Shown in pieces: positions 47,816-58,043 of a stretch of 64,000 nucleotides of DNA; position 1 is the first letter of the stretch, and each line of letters starts with the position of its first letter. A model generated the notes under the pieces. That model saw only the letters and a list, made by a program, of their open reading frames with translations, did not search any database and was not told where the DNA came from. The stretch comes from an uncultured Chloroflexia bacterium (GTDB lineage Bacteria; Chloroflexota; Dehalococcoidia; GIF9; UBA5629). The position numbers and the translations under genes are program-made. The DNA lies in NCBI GenBank assembly GCA_963784375.1, contig CAWAQY010000001.1:219788-283787 (forward strand), in the 5' to 3' direction.

Positions 47816-49526
47816 GGACACTCAAGCATGACATCATTGTCATGGGAGCAGGTCTGGCGGGCCTCAGGGCAGCCGTCGAAGTAGCCAGGAAAAATCCTGA
47901 AGCAGACGTAGCAATTGTCTCCAAAGTCCAGCTCATGCGTGCCCATTCGGTTTGCGCTGAAGGTGGAACGGCAGCAGTAATGCAGCCGGATGAAGGAGAT
48001 AGCTTTGAGCTTCACGCTTACGATACCGTCCGTGGTGCTGACTTTCTTGCTGATCAGGATGTAGTCTGGCGATTCGTTCAAGCGATCCCCGAAGAGATCC
48101 GACTTATGGAACATTGGGGTATTCCCTGGTCCCGCCGCAAAGACGGGCGGATTAATCAGCGAGCCTTTCGGTGGCCATAGTTATGATAGGGCAACATTTG
48201 CTGCTGATAAAACCGGTTTCTTTGAAATGCAGACACTTTACGACACCCTGCAACAGCATACTAACGTATCCAGATACGATGAGTGCTATGTTCATTCCAT
48301 TATCATAAAAGATAAAGTCTTTTGCGGAATTACCGTCTGGAATCTGACTACAGGTGAATTCTTTTTTATACAGGGCAAAGCCCTGATAATTGCTACCGGC
48401 GGTGCCTGCCGCATGTACGGTTTCACTACCTATTCGCTTACTGCTACCGGTGACGGTATGGGTATGGCTTACCGGGCTGGCCTTCCTATAAAAGACCTCG
48501 AATTTGTTCAGTTCCATCCTACCGGCCTTGTTCCTTCGGGAATTCTCATTACTGAAGCAGCCCGCGGTGAAGGCGGTTACCTCTATAACAATAAGGGCGA
48601 ACGATTTATGGATAAATATGCTGCAAGCAAGATGGAACTGGCTCCCAGGGATATAGTCGCCCGTGCCGAAATGACCGAAATTGAAGCGGGACGGGGTTTC
48701 CCCGCGGTTGAAGGGATGCAGTCTATACATCTTGACCTTCGCCATCTGGGTGCAGACAAGATTAATGAACGTCTACCGCTGATCAGGGAAGTTGCCATGA
48801 AATTCAACTTTATCGATCCGATTTTGGAGCCGATTCCCATCCATCCGGCAGCCCACTATACCATGGGTGGTATCCATACCAATATTGACGGAGCCACCCC
48901 TGTTGAAGGTATATGGGCGGCGGGAGAAGCCGGGTGCGAATCACTCCATGGTGCCAATCGTCTGGGCTCGAATTCAACTGCTGAATGCCTGGTTTGGGGC
49001 AAGATTACCGGAGAATTGGCCGCTGCCTATGTTAAGAAGCAGAAGGCTTTCCCACCAATGCCGGATGATGCCAGACTGAAAGATGAAGAGGCAAGCGTTT
49101 TCAAACGGTTTAAATCCAATGGGAAGGAAAGCGGTTATGCCATACGTGCTGAACTTCAGAAAGTAATGGACAGCAAAGTCGGGGTTTTCCGAACCGGACC
49201 TGAACTGGAAGAAGCCCGCAAGAAAATCCAGGAATACAAACAGCGTCTCCCTGAAGTACAGGTAAAGGACCAGGGACATATCTACAATACCGATTTATTA
49301 AATGCCCTGGAGGCAGATACCCTCCTTGACCTGTCTGAAATCGTCATCGCCGGGGCGTTGGCCCGTACCGAATCACGGGGAGCACATTCCCGCCGTGACT
49401 TTAAAGTGAGAGATGACATCAACTGGTTGAAACATACTCTGGCTTACAAAACACCGGCTGGTCCCAGGTTAGAATATATCCCCGGTCAGCATAACCATGT
49501 GGAACCCGGTAGAAAGGAAATATTAG
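47812..49526 (+). CDS. sdhA: Succinate dehydrogenase / fumarate reductase flavoprotein subunit, two frame disruptions
   Basis: DIIVMGAGLAGLRAA.., ..RAHSVCAEGG.., ..FGGHSYDR.., ..FVQFHPTG.., ..AARGEGG.., ..ESRGAHSR... Shifts are at about 48167 (T3) and 49480-49483 (C4). The true C-terminus reads ..PVSITMWNPVERKY*. Confidence 0.9.
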
Positions 49527-49535
49527 GGGGTTTAT

Positions 49536-49980
49536 ATGGAACAACGACAACCTCGTCCTAATCAGCTAGGGGTCTGGGGATGGGTATACGGTGGTAGATA
49601 TCAATTAGAGAGATACCTTTATATCCTTCACAGGGTAACCGGTGTAGGATTGCTTTTTTTCATCCTGTTTCATTTTACCGTGACAACAGTCTTTCGTATG
49701 CAAGGGCAGGGAGTATGGGAATCTGCGATGAGTATTCTAGAATAATCCAATTTTGAAATTCGGTGAATACCTGGTGGCAGTAGCCTTTATTTTCCATGCT
49801 CTGAACGGTTTACGGCTTTTCTTGCAGGAGCTTGGGTTTACCCTGGGCAAACCTATTCCTCCAATTTATCCCTACAAGGATTCTCTTCGTAAGAAAAGAC
49901 CACTCACATTTGTTTTCGTCGCAATCATCGTCATCCTGGCTGCGATTACTCTCTACGATTTTATTGCAGGAGGTTGGTAA
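49536..49980 (+). CDS. sdhC: Succinate dehydrogenase/fumarate reductase membrane anchor (cytochrome b-like), one frame disruption
   Basis: ..LYILHRVTGVGLLFFILFH.. and ..FIFHALNGLRLF.. are joined near 49740. Confidence 0.7.
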
Positions 49981-50340
49981 TGCGTAATACGTACCTGCAG
50001 TTCGTTCAACTCATAACCGGCATACTTGATAGCAATATTGTTGGCGATCCACATGGTAATCCAGCATCTTGACAATATTTTGCTTTTCTTTAGCATTGAT
50101 GTCAGACACGCTACGTCCTGGACATCGATGATAGGCCGTGCCAAGCAAAGCATCTGGGCATTCATTTACATTGCCCTGCTGGTTTTCACTCTTTACCATG
50201 CCTTCTATGGATTGCGAAATATACTATTGGAATTGACACCCTCACCCGGTGCTCAGCGAACTATTACCGTAGTTATCATTATAGTTGGAGTAATTTTCCT
50301 TATCCTGGGCATCTGGGCACCGCTTGCCCTGTTATCATAA
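49980..50340 (+). CDS. sdhD: Succinate dehydrogenase/fumarate reductase second membrane subunit, one frame disruption
   Basis: MRNTYLQFVQLITGIL joins IAILLAIHMVIQH..LYHAFYGLRNI near 50022. The ATG overlaps the sdhC TAA. Confidence 0.6.
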
Positions 50341-50359
50341 GAGGAGGAACCACATTTTA

Positions 50360-51205
50360 ATGACTGAACACATAAGACGTAAGGTAACCTTTAAAGAAAT
50401 TAAGTATAAAGTTCAGAGATACGATCCTGAAGTAGATAAGGAACCTCATATGCAGGATTTTACGGTACCCTACAGAGAGGGTATGACAGTGCTGGAGGGA
50501 CTGATTTACATTAAAGAGAACCTGGACTCTACCCTGTCTTTCCGTACCTCGTGCCGTATGGGGATCTGCGGCTCCTGCGGTATGTTGATCAATGATTATC
50601 CCCATCTTGCATGCCATACTCAGATAGAAGAATTTCACACTGACAAACTAACTGTCAAATCCCTGCCTAATCATCCTATCATAAAGGATCTGGTGCCCGA
50701 TTTAGGAACATTTTTTGCCAACCATCAAAGCCTTAAACCCTATATTATCCGCAATGATAAAGCTGAGATGGACAAAACCGATGCTGAATATGGTCAGACG
50801 CCAGAGGAACTGGATACTTACTTACAGTTTAGCTATTGCATTAAATGCGGCATTTGTGTAGCCGCCTGTCCCACCTCCGCCAGCGATAAAAAGTTTCTTG
50901 GTCCGCAGGCTCTGACCCAGTGCTATCGTTATAGCGCTGATAGTCGGGACGAAGGCTTTGAGAAACGTATTGCTGCCGTAGACAAGGAGCATGGGGTATG
51001 GCATTGCCATTTCGCCGGTGCATGTTCAGAATCATGCCCCAAAGGGGTGGATCCCGCTCTGGCTATTCAATTGATGAAAAGGCGAATGGTCTCAAGTGCC
51101 ATTGGGACTGAAAAAAAGAAGAAACCTGCTCCGAAAGTCACATTACCGACAACGGCTACCAAACCTAAAGTTCCGGTACCTGAATTTACCGTAAAGGGTA
51201 AATAG
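50360..51205 (+). CDS. sdhB: Succinate dehydrogenase/fumarate reductase iron-sulfur subunit with a Lys-rich C-terminal extension
   Basis: ..SCRMGICGSCGMLIN.., ..CIKCGICVAACP.., ..CHFAGACSESCPKG... GAGGAGG lies upstream of the ATG at 50360. Confidence 0.9.
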   Translation: MTEHIRRKVTFKEIKYKVQRYDPEVDKEPHMQDFTVPYREGMTVLEGLIYIKENLDSTLSFRTSCRMGICGSCGMLINDYPHLACHTQIEEFHTDKLTVKSLPNHPIIKDLVPDLGTFFANHQSLKPYIIRNDKAEMDKTDAEYGQTPEELDTYLQFSYCIKCGICVAACPTSASDKKFLGPQALTQCYRYSADSRDEGFEKRIAAVDKEHGVWHCHFAGACSESCPKGVDPALAIQLMKRRMVSSAIGTEKKKKPAPKVTLPTTATKPKVPVPEFTVKGK

Positions 51206-51232
51206 GACCCATTGGTTTTAAGGAGGACTAAA

Positions 51233-51791
51233 ATGAAAATAGTGAAGATAAAAACCCCGCTTGATGAAAAAACTATAGAAAGCCTGGAAGCTGGCGACCA
51301 GGTTTTAATTACCGGTGTCATTTATTCCGCTCGTGACGCAGCCCACAAGCGTCTTGTTGAAGCGCTTGATAAGAAAGAGAAGCTCCCGCTGGAGCTTAAG
51401 AATCAAATCATCTATTACATGGGACCCGCGCCCGCAAAACCTGGCTATGCTTCCGGTTCGGCAGGTCCCACTACCAGCTATCGTATGGACGCTTATTCCC
51501 CAAGGCTTATGGCTGAAGGGCTCAAGGGCATGATTGGGAAAGGCAACAGGACTCAGCCGGTTAAAGATGCCATAAAGAAGTATAAGGCGGTCTACTTTGC
51601 TGCCATCGGCGGTGCCGGTGCCCTGATTGCGAAAAGCATAAAAAAGGTAGAAGTCATAGCTTACAACGATCTTGGAGCCGAAGCGATTCGAAGATTAGAA
51701 GTGGAGAATTTCCCGGCCACGGTGATTAATGATATCCACGGCGGCTGACCTGTACGACCAGGGCAAAGCCAAGTACCAGATTAAAGTATAG
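51233..51791 (+). CDS. Class I fumarate hydratase, beta (C-terminal-domain) subunit, one frame disruption at the 3' end
   Basis: ..VLITGVIYSARDAAHKRL.., ..YYMGPAP.., ..GPTTSYRMD.., ..MIGKGNR... AGGAGG precedes the ATG at 51233. The tail ..HGG/DLYDQGKAKYQIKV* follows a shift near 51745. Confidence 0.85.
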
Positions 51792-51800
51792 CCCCTGTCG

Positions 51801-52328
51801 TTATTTTTTTAAATAGAGAACCCTGAGCAACCCGGCGATGCTTTTAGCATCGCCGATTTCTCCCGAAATAATCAATGCCGGTATCTGTGCTGCAGGCACA
51901 CTGACAACCTCGATAGCTTCCGTATCTTCAGCCTCAAGCCGGCTTGGCTTTAGTTCAGTAGCTTGAAACAGGTACAAATACTCCGTGCCATAGCCGGGAG
52001 TTGCATAAAAACCGCCCCTGGCCTCTATTTTCTGCGGGAGAAACCCTATTTCTTCCTGTAATTCACGTTTCACAGCTTCAATCGGGTCTTCACCATTCTC
52101 TATGCCACCCGCCGGTATTTCCAGGAGGCTTTTGCCGACAGCCTCACGGAATTGCCTCACCAGGATAATGTTATCATTTTCATCTATGGGTACCACAGCT
52201 ATGCAGTCAGCATGCTCTACAATTTCTCGGGTGGTCTTCTGCCCGTCTGACTTCTCAATAGTTTCCACCCGCAGGTTGATAGCCCGTCCGTTAAATATTT
52301 GTTCACTGGCGATAATTTTATCAGGCAA
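51801..52328 (-). CDS. NUDIX hydrolase (ADP-ribose pyrophosphatase-like)
   Basis: Nudix box GGIENGEDPIEAVKRELQEEIGF. Confidence 0.85.
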   Translation of the reverse strand: MPDKIIASEQIFNGRAINLRVETIEKSDGQKTTREIVEHADCIAVVPIDENDNIILVRQFREAVGKSLLEIPAGGIENGEDPIEAVKRELQEEIGFLPQKIEARGGFYATPGYGTEYLYLFQATELKPSRLEAEDTEAIEVVSVPAAQIPALIISGEIGDAKSIAGLLRVLYLKK

Positions 52329-52352
52329 ATTTCGCCTCCTCTTTTGGAAGTT

Positions 52353-52391
52353 CCCTCTCCTTGTGGGAGAGGATTAAGGTGAGGGTAATTG
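52353..52391. repeat. Family C palindromic repeat copy, followed by further short hairpins up to about 52475
   Basis: CCCTCTCCTTGTGGGAGAGGATTAAGGTGAGGGTAATTG, then GTCGCCCCATCGGGGTGAC and GGTCACCTCGCTGCGGTGAC. Confidence 0.75.
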
Positions 52392-52486
52392 TTTTTAGGT
52401 GTCGCCCCATCGGGGTGACCCTTTCTTCATCTTTTCAGATTTACGGTCACCTCGCTGCGGTGACACGTAAACGTACAAAGTGTATT

Positions 52487-52951
52487 TTATGTTTTCTTCG
52501 GTTTATAAATAAGTGCGACTTCATCGCAGTCCGGGAATTTGGGACAGCGAAAACACTCCGACCATATTTTGCGCGGCAGCTCCATTTTGTCGACCTGGAC
52601 AAATCCGTTTTTTTCAAAAACTTCCGGCTTATAGGTGAGACAAAAGACGCTCTCTATGCCCAGTTGCTTTGCTTCGTCCAGGCAAGCTTTAATTAACGAT
52701 GATCCAAGCCCCTGTTTTCGTTTTTCTTCGCTTACTGCCAGTGTCCTGATTTCAGCCAGGTCTGACCAGCTTACGTGAAGAACCGCGCAGCCGGTAACCT
52801 GATCGTTTTTGTCCCTGATAATGAAATAGTCGCGAATATCTTCATAAATTTCGCTTAATGCTCTGGGAAGCATTTCGCCTTTTTCGGCGAATTTGTTGAC
52901 CAGTTCATGTATTTTGGGAACGTCACTTATTTTAGCCTTTTCTAATTTCAT
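52487..52951 (-). CDS. GNAT-family N-acetyltransferase
   Basis: ..IRTLAVSEEKRKQGLGSSLIKACLDEAKQLG.. acetyl-CoA-binding motif, 154 aa. Confidence 0.8.
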   Translation of the reverse strand: MKLEKAKISDVPKIHELVNKFAEKGEMLPRALSEIYEDIRDYFIIRDKNDQVTGCAVLHVSWSDLAEIRTLAVSEEKRKQGLGSSLIKACLDEAKQLGIESVFCLTYKPEVFEKNGFVQVDKMELPRKIWSECFRCPKFPDCDEVALIYKPKKT

Positions 52952-53772
52952 AGGACTTTCCTTTTTAGTTTTGCATCCAGGGACTTATAAAAGTAAGTCT
53001 TCGGCTGGAGCCGCAGGAACTTTGCCGTGTACTGACTCAGCGTAATTTTGATAGTATCTCCGCTATTTAATTGTACCTCAGTTTGTCCATCTATGCTGAG
53101 CAACGCTTCATGGGTGGTATTTACTGTCAGTTCAATCAGAGTTTTTGCCGGCAGTACCATCGCTTTGTCCAGCGTGAAATGAGCACATACCGGTTGCAAA
53201 ACCATTTCTTTAGCCTGCGGATGAAGGACGGGCCCCCCTGCGGCCAGCGCATAGCCGGTACTGCCGCTGGCTGTGGCTACAATAACACCATCAGCCCGGT
53301 ATGTGGTCAGCAAGGTGCCGTTGAGTTTACATTGGATGTTTAACAGCCTTGCTAATCTCCTGCGCCCGACGAACACATCATTTAAAGCATGAAGTGTTTT
53401 GCCTTGAGAAACAAGCTCAGCCGCCAGCATGGCTCGCTCTTCAATCCAACCTTTACCATTGAGCACAGCCGTTAGCTTATCCATAGCTTCATCAGCTTTA
53501 AGTTCAGCAATAAATCCGAGTTTGCCTAGATTTATGCCCAATATCGGTACTGAATCAGGGATCACGGTGCGGGCGGAGCGTAAAATTGTACCATCGCCGC
53601 CAACACTCAGCAGTAAGTCTGTTCCCTCAACAAAGCATCTTGCTTTCTCGGGTTCCCATGCCGAACACAGCCATGTCTGGACGCCTTTGGCTTTGAGAAA
53701 GGCATCTAATTCATGGCTGAATTGTATCGTTTTTTCAAGTTTCGGGTGATATAAAATGCCCACTGTTTTCAT
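52948..53772 (-). CDS. nadK: NAD kinase
   Basis: ..LLLSVGGDGTILRSAR.., ..NDVFV.., ..DGVIVATASGSTGYALAAGGP.. Confidence 0.9.
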   Translation of the reverse strand: MKTVGILYHPKLEKTIQFSHELDAFLKAKGVQTWLCSAWEPEKARCFVEGTDLLLSVGGDGTILRSARTVIPDSVPILGINLGKLGFIAELKADEAMDKLTAVLNGKGWIEERAMLAAELVSQGKTLHALNDVFVGRRRLARLLNIQCKLNGTLLTTYRADGVIVATASGSTGYALAAGGPVLHPQAKEMVLQPVCAHFTLDKAMVLPAKTLIELTVNTTHEALLSIDGQTEVQLNSGDTIKITLSQYTAKFLRLQPKTYFYKSLDAKLKRKVL

Positions 53773-53924
53773 ATGCGGACTGAGTGTATCATCGCAGTAC
53801 GCGGAGTGTCAAGAAAATTTGAATTGACAAGCACCAGACAGGATAACAGGATTGACTGGTTTGTTATCTTGTGAATCCTATATAATACCCTTTGAAACAA
53901 AGCATAACGTAAAGGAGGACCTGA

Positions 53925-55323
53925 ATGGTTGCCACTACCATAGCTGAAATAGACCGAATGTTGCACCCCAAATCGATGAGCATTATCGGCGCTTCGAATA
54001 AGCCAGGCAGTTTTGGCCGCATGTTTCTGGAAGGGGTCATTCGTTACGGATTTGAAAAAATTTATCCGGTGCATCCCCGCGATACTGAAATGCTGGGTTT
54101 AAAGGCATATCCGAGTATCAAAGATATCCCCTATGACGTGGAGTTGGCCATCCTTATGACGCCTCCCGCGGACACGTTGAGAATCGTTGGGGAATGCGCT
54201 CAGAAGGGATTAAAGGGTATCGTGATTTTCACCGCCGGTTTTGGGGAGAAAGGACCGGAAGGAAAGAAAATTGAACAGGAAATGGCAAAAATCGCTCACC
54301 AGGCTGGTTTTAGAATAATCGGGCCGAATTCTCTGGGGCTCCACTGTCCGGAATCCAAGCTGCTTGATGTTCCCCCAGGGATTAATGCACGGCATATCCC
54401 CCGAAAGCGGGCCTGTAGGTGCTTTCTCGCACAGCGGCTCCTTTGTGGACTATCTTACCTATATATTGGGCAAAAAGGGCATCAGGTTCAGCAAAATAGT
54501 GAGCTGCGGAAATGAATGCGATCTCAATGCTGTGGATTTCCTGGAATATCTGGGACAGGATGAACAAACGAAGATTATCATCGCTTATATGGAAGGGGTT
54601 AAAGACGGCAGAAAATTTTTCCAGCTTGCCCGTGAAGTTTCCAAAAGGAAACCGATTATTGTCTGGAAAGGTGGTTTGACAGAGACCGGCGCTAAAGCAG
54701 CTTTTTCTCATACCGGCGCTCTTGCCGGTTCCAAACCTGTCTGGGAATCAATGTTCAAACAGGCAGGAATTATCAGTGTACGCAGTTTCGAAAACGTGGT
54801 TGATTGTCTCTTCGCGTTTTATTACTTATCGCTGCCCAGGGGAAGGAGAATAGCTATCGTAGCCGGCCAGGGAGGAACTGTTGTGGGCACTGCTGACAAT
54901 TGCGTTGACCTGGGACTGGAAATAGCCAAACTTTCCAGTGCTACCACGGAAAAGCTGGTAAAACGTTTGCCACCGGTCGGTACTTCGGCAACAAACCCGC
55001 TTGATATAGGTGTTGCTGTGCTGGTAGACCCAAATCTCTATGGCGAATCGCTTAAAATATTGGATGAAGATGAAAATGTGGATATGCTGCTGGCCATAAC
55101 CGATCCCGGCAGACCCTGTACTCAAAGCATTGTTGAAGCTGCAAAAACCCTGAAGAAACCACTGGCGGTCACACCATTTGCCTTGCCGGAACTGGAATCA
55201 GCCGAGTTCGCATTTTTATCTGAGCATAAACTTCCGGTGTATGCAGATGCCAGAAGGGCTGCCTGGGCACTGGCCAGGCTTGCCGACTATGCCGAATTCA
55301 GGGCCAGTACCCTGTCATTCTGA
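53925..55323 (+). CDS. ADP-forming acetyl-CoA synthetase alpha-type (CoA-binding + ligase-CoA domains), one frame disruption
   Basis: ..SMSIIGASNKPGSFG.., ..GPNSLG.., ..FSHSGS.., ..AAFSHTGALAGS.. (phosphohistidine loop). The shift is near 54365. The last codons and the stop lie inside repeat module B. Confidence 0.8.
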
Positions 55324-55560
55324 TCCCGATGCAATCGGGAGAAGAATCCCCTTCAACACTCAACTTTTTTTACCAATTCGGTGCAGGGAGTCCAGAAGAG
55401 TTCAAAGGTAAGTGGTTTTATCTGCGCACAGAGATCCTTCGTCGTCCCCGACGAGTGTCAGGGTCTCCTCAAGGATGACAAGCAAGGAAAGGTATGCACT
55501 TCGACTCCGTCTCAGTGGACGGAGAGAGCCGCCTGTCATTCTGAACACAGTGAAGAATCC
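55314..55560. repeat. Mosaic array of palindromic repeat modules B, M2, M3, M1
   Basis: B at 55314-55350 (GTCATTCTGATCCCGATGCAATCGGGAGAAGAATCCC), M2 from 55431 (GAGATCCTTCGTCGTCCCCGACGAGTGTCAGGGTCTCCTCAAGGATGAC), M3 (CACTTCGACTCCGTCTCAGTGGACGG), M1 at 55535-55560. Confidence 0.85.
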
Positions 55561-55618
55561 AACTACAACATTCACTGAAGTGTGACGGATCTCATGATGA
55601 CAGTGTGTTCAAAATCAG

Positions 55619-56593
55619 CTATTTTTCTACAGGTACGGGAACATTTGAGACGATTTCGTTTATCAGAGTTTCTGTAGAGCGTCCTTTCAACCTCGCCTCG
55701 GTTTTTGCAATCATGCGATGTACCAGCACCGGTGCCGTAAGCTGCTTTACATCATCCGGAATAACGTAATTCCGTCCCTGCATAGCCGCAAAGGCTTGAG
55801 AAGCAAGGCTTAGTCCCAGTGCGGCACGCGGGCTGGCGCCAAGTTCAATGCTCGGGTGGCTTCTGGTCGCTCTGGCAATGGCCACAATATAGTTACGTAC
55901 GGAGCTCTCGGTATAAACCTGCCGGCATAATTGTTGCAGTTCCAATAGTTCGTCTGCTTCAATAACGCTGGATAGATTGTCCAGCGGATTTGTTTGCTGA
56001 AAACGGGACAAAATTGACTCTTCTTCGCTTTCGGAAGGGTAACCCAGTTTTATTCTAAGAAGAAAACGGTCAAGCTGTGCCTCAGGCAACGGAAACGTAC
56101 CTGCTAATTCAATGGGGTTCTGCGTGGCCATAATCAAAAATGGGCGGGGGAGGGGTACAGTGAGCAGATCAACCGTGACCTGATGCTCCTGCATGCACTC
56201 CAGGAAGCTGGATTGAGCCCTGGGGGTAGCCCTGTTTATCTCATCGGCAAGCACTATATTGGCCATTATTGGGCCGGGGCGAAGCTCAAACTCTGATGTC
56301 TTCTGATTAAAATAGTGGATTCCCGTTACATCGGATGGCAGAAGGTCGGGGGTGCACTGAATTCTTTTAAAACTGCAGCCCAGCGATTTTGCCGTCGTTT
56401 TGGCTAAAATCGTTTTACCTGTGCCGGGTACATCTTCAATTAAGATATGGCCTTCGCAAAGCAAAGCAACCAAAATAAGGTCGATTACCTCTTTTTTACC
56501 GACTATTACTTTGCCTACATTGGCACTAAATTTATCAGAAGCCTCCTTAATCCGAGAGATATTCAACTCGCTTTTTTGATCGATCTTATCCAA
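55619..56593 (-). CDS. MoxR-family AAA+ ATPase (TTG start)
   Basis: ..ILIEDVPGTGKTILAK.., ..VLADEINRATPRAQSSFLECMQE.., 324 aa. Confidence 0.9.
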   Translation of the reverse strand: MDKIDQKSELNISRIKEASDKFSANVGKVIVGKKEVIDLILVALLCEGHILIEDVPGTGKTILAKTTAKSLGCSFKRIQCTPDLLPSDVTGIHYFNQKTSEFELRPGPIMANIVLADEINRATPRAQSSFLECMQEHQVTVDLLTVPLPRPFLIMATQNPIELAGTFPLPEAQLDRFLLRIKLGYPSESEEESILSRFQQTNPLDNLSSVIEADELLELQQLCRQVYTESSVRNYIVAIARATRSHPSIELGASPRAALGLSLASQAFAAMQGRNYVIPDDVKQLTAPVLVHRMIAKTEARLKGRSTETLINEIVSNVPVPVEK

Positions 56594-56617
56594 ATAATTT
56601 TTCCTCCTTGGACTACT

Positions 56618-58043
56618 TCAACTATTTTGTCTTCTAAGCCGATTCTGCCTAACTCTGTCCCAGCTTTGCCTCATTTCCAGTAATTCTACATCGTTTGGTA
56701 CAGTAGTACTATAACGCGTTCTGATGTAGTGTTGAGTTATGAAAGCCAGGTCTTGCCGGGCATGAGGGATTAAATCCACGAGGGTAGCGAAATATTCATT
56801 CGGCGTTTGAAATAGTTTCCTGGCGTAGCCCGGCTTTAGCTCCCCAACGCAGCAAAAGACGATAAATTTGGTATACAGAAAGAACCTCCGGTGATAACGG
56901 TTCAGATTTTCTGGTCAGCCATGATAACAGTTTCAATCTGGACAACACATAGTAGATGCGCTTTAAGAGGTTTATCAAGTCTGCTTTAAATGCTCCTTCC
57001 ATAGGTTCAACCTCGGCATTGGTCGCACTGAATCTCCCGCGCAGCCAATTGAAGAGCCTTCTCGATATTTGCCATAATGCAGCCAGGATAAGCCCGCCCC
57101 AGATAATCCCCATGGCGATATTCATCCAGCTGCGTAGATTTTCAGGTATATTCAAAAACTGGAATCTTTCTTCAGGCGGCACGGTCGGAATTTCTGCGCC
57201 CGGCGGAGGAATAGTGCCAGGTTCGGGCTTCGGCAGCAGACTGGCTATAAAAATGAGTACACTCATTATTAATTTGCCCAGCCATTTTATGACATCGACA
57301 ATAAACTGTAATAAATCATGGGATAGTATCAGACTGACGATAAAACCTGCCGCGAAAATAATGCCGATGCTGGCGAACAAAATCCACGACCATCCTAATC
57401 TATTTCTGTCGCTGAGCCAGCCTTTATTTTCCTGAGCATGCGCAATCGAAATCCCGGCAAGGGAGGCAAAGAAGAAGATCAAAATAACCGGAATAGCATA
57501 CTCGATATCAATTTGGAGAAAGGAAACGATGAAAAAAGTTGCCACCAGGATAACCAACCCGAACTGGAATCTGGCAAGGAGTGATTCAAAATTGATAGGT
57601 CCGGCAGCAAGGCGGTTACCCAGCCACCAGGTGGCTGCACTTCCTATAAGTAGTAAAACCTCCGGTCTAAAACTATAAATTAATTGAGATGCCGCCAGGG
57701 GCAATGAAAGAATCCATTCGGGGTTTGTCCATTCACTAGTGCTGTACAACTGGAATTTTATTGAAACAAGCAGCAGTACAGCCCACACCAGCCATTCCAA
57801 AGTGGCAAGATACGCTTTCTTCAATGGCATTAATCGGATAATTTTGGTTAAGCCAAAGGCCAAAGGATAGAATAACAAAATTCCGAACAGGGAAAGTTGG
57901 TCGTGAACTGCCTGGTTAAGTACTTTCAATATAATGTACAGCCAGCAAATCTCCAGGGCAGTGGCAGCGCCGATTAAAATGAAGTAACGCCAGTTCATTT
58001 TGATCCTGGTATTTAGCGGCATTTCCCGTTGAGCTCCCGGCAT
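56618..58043 (-). CDS. Polytopic membrane protein with a C-terminal DUF4129-like domain, one frame disruption
   Basis: About 8 hydrophobic helices. The C-terminus continues in another frame as ..ARKLFQTPNEYFATLVDLIPHARQDLAFITQHYIRTRYS.. after a shift near 56828. The ATG overlaps the DUF58 stop. Confidence 0.65.

Noticed and set aside
52361-52696. 111-aa plus-strand ORF starting MWERIKVRV
   Set aside because: The N-terminus is the family C repeat, and the rest is antisense to the well-supported GNAT acetyltransferase gene.
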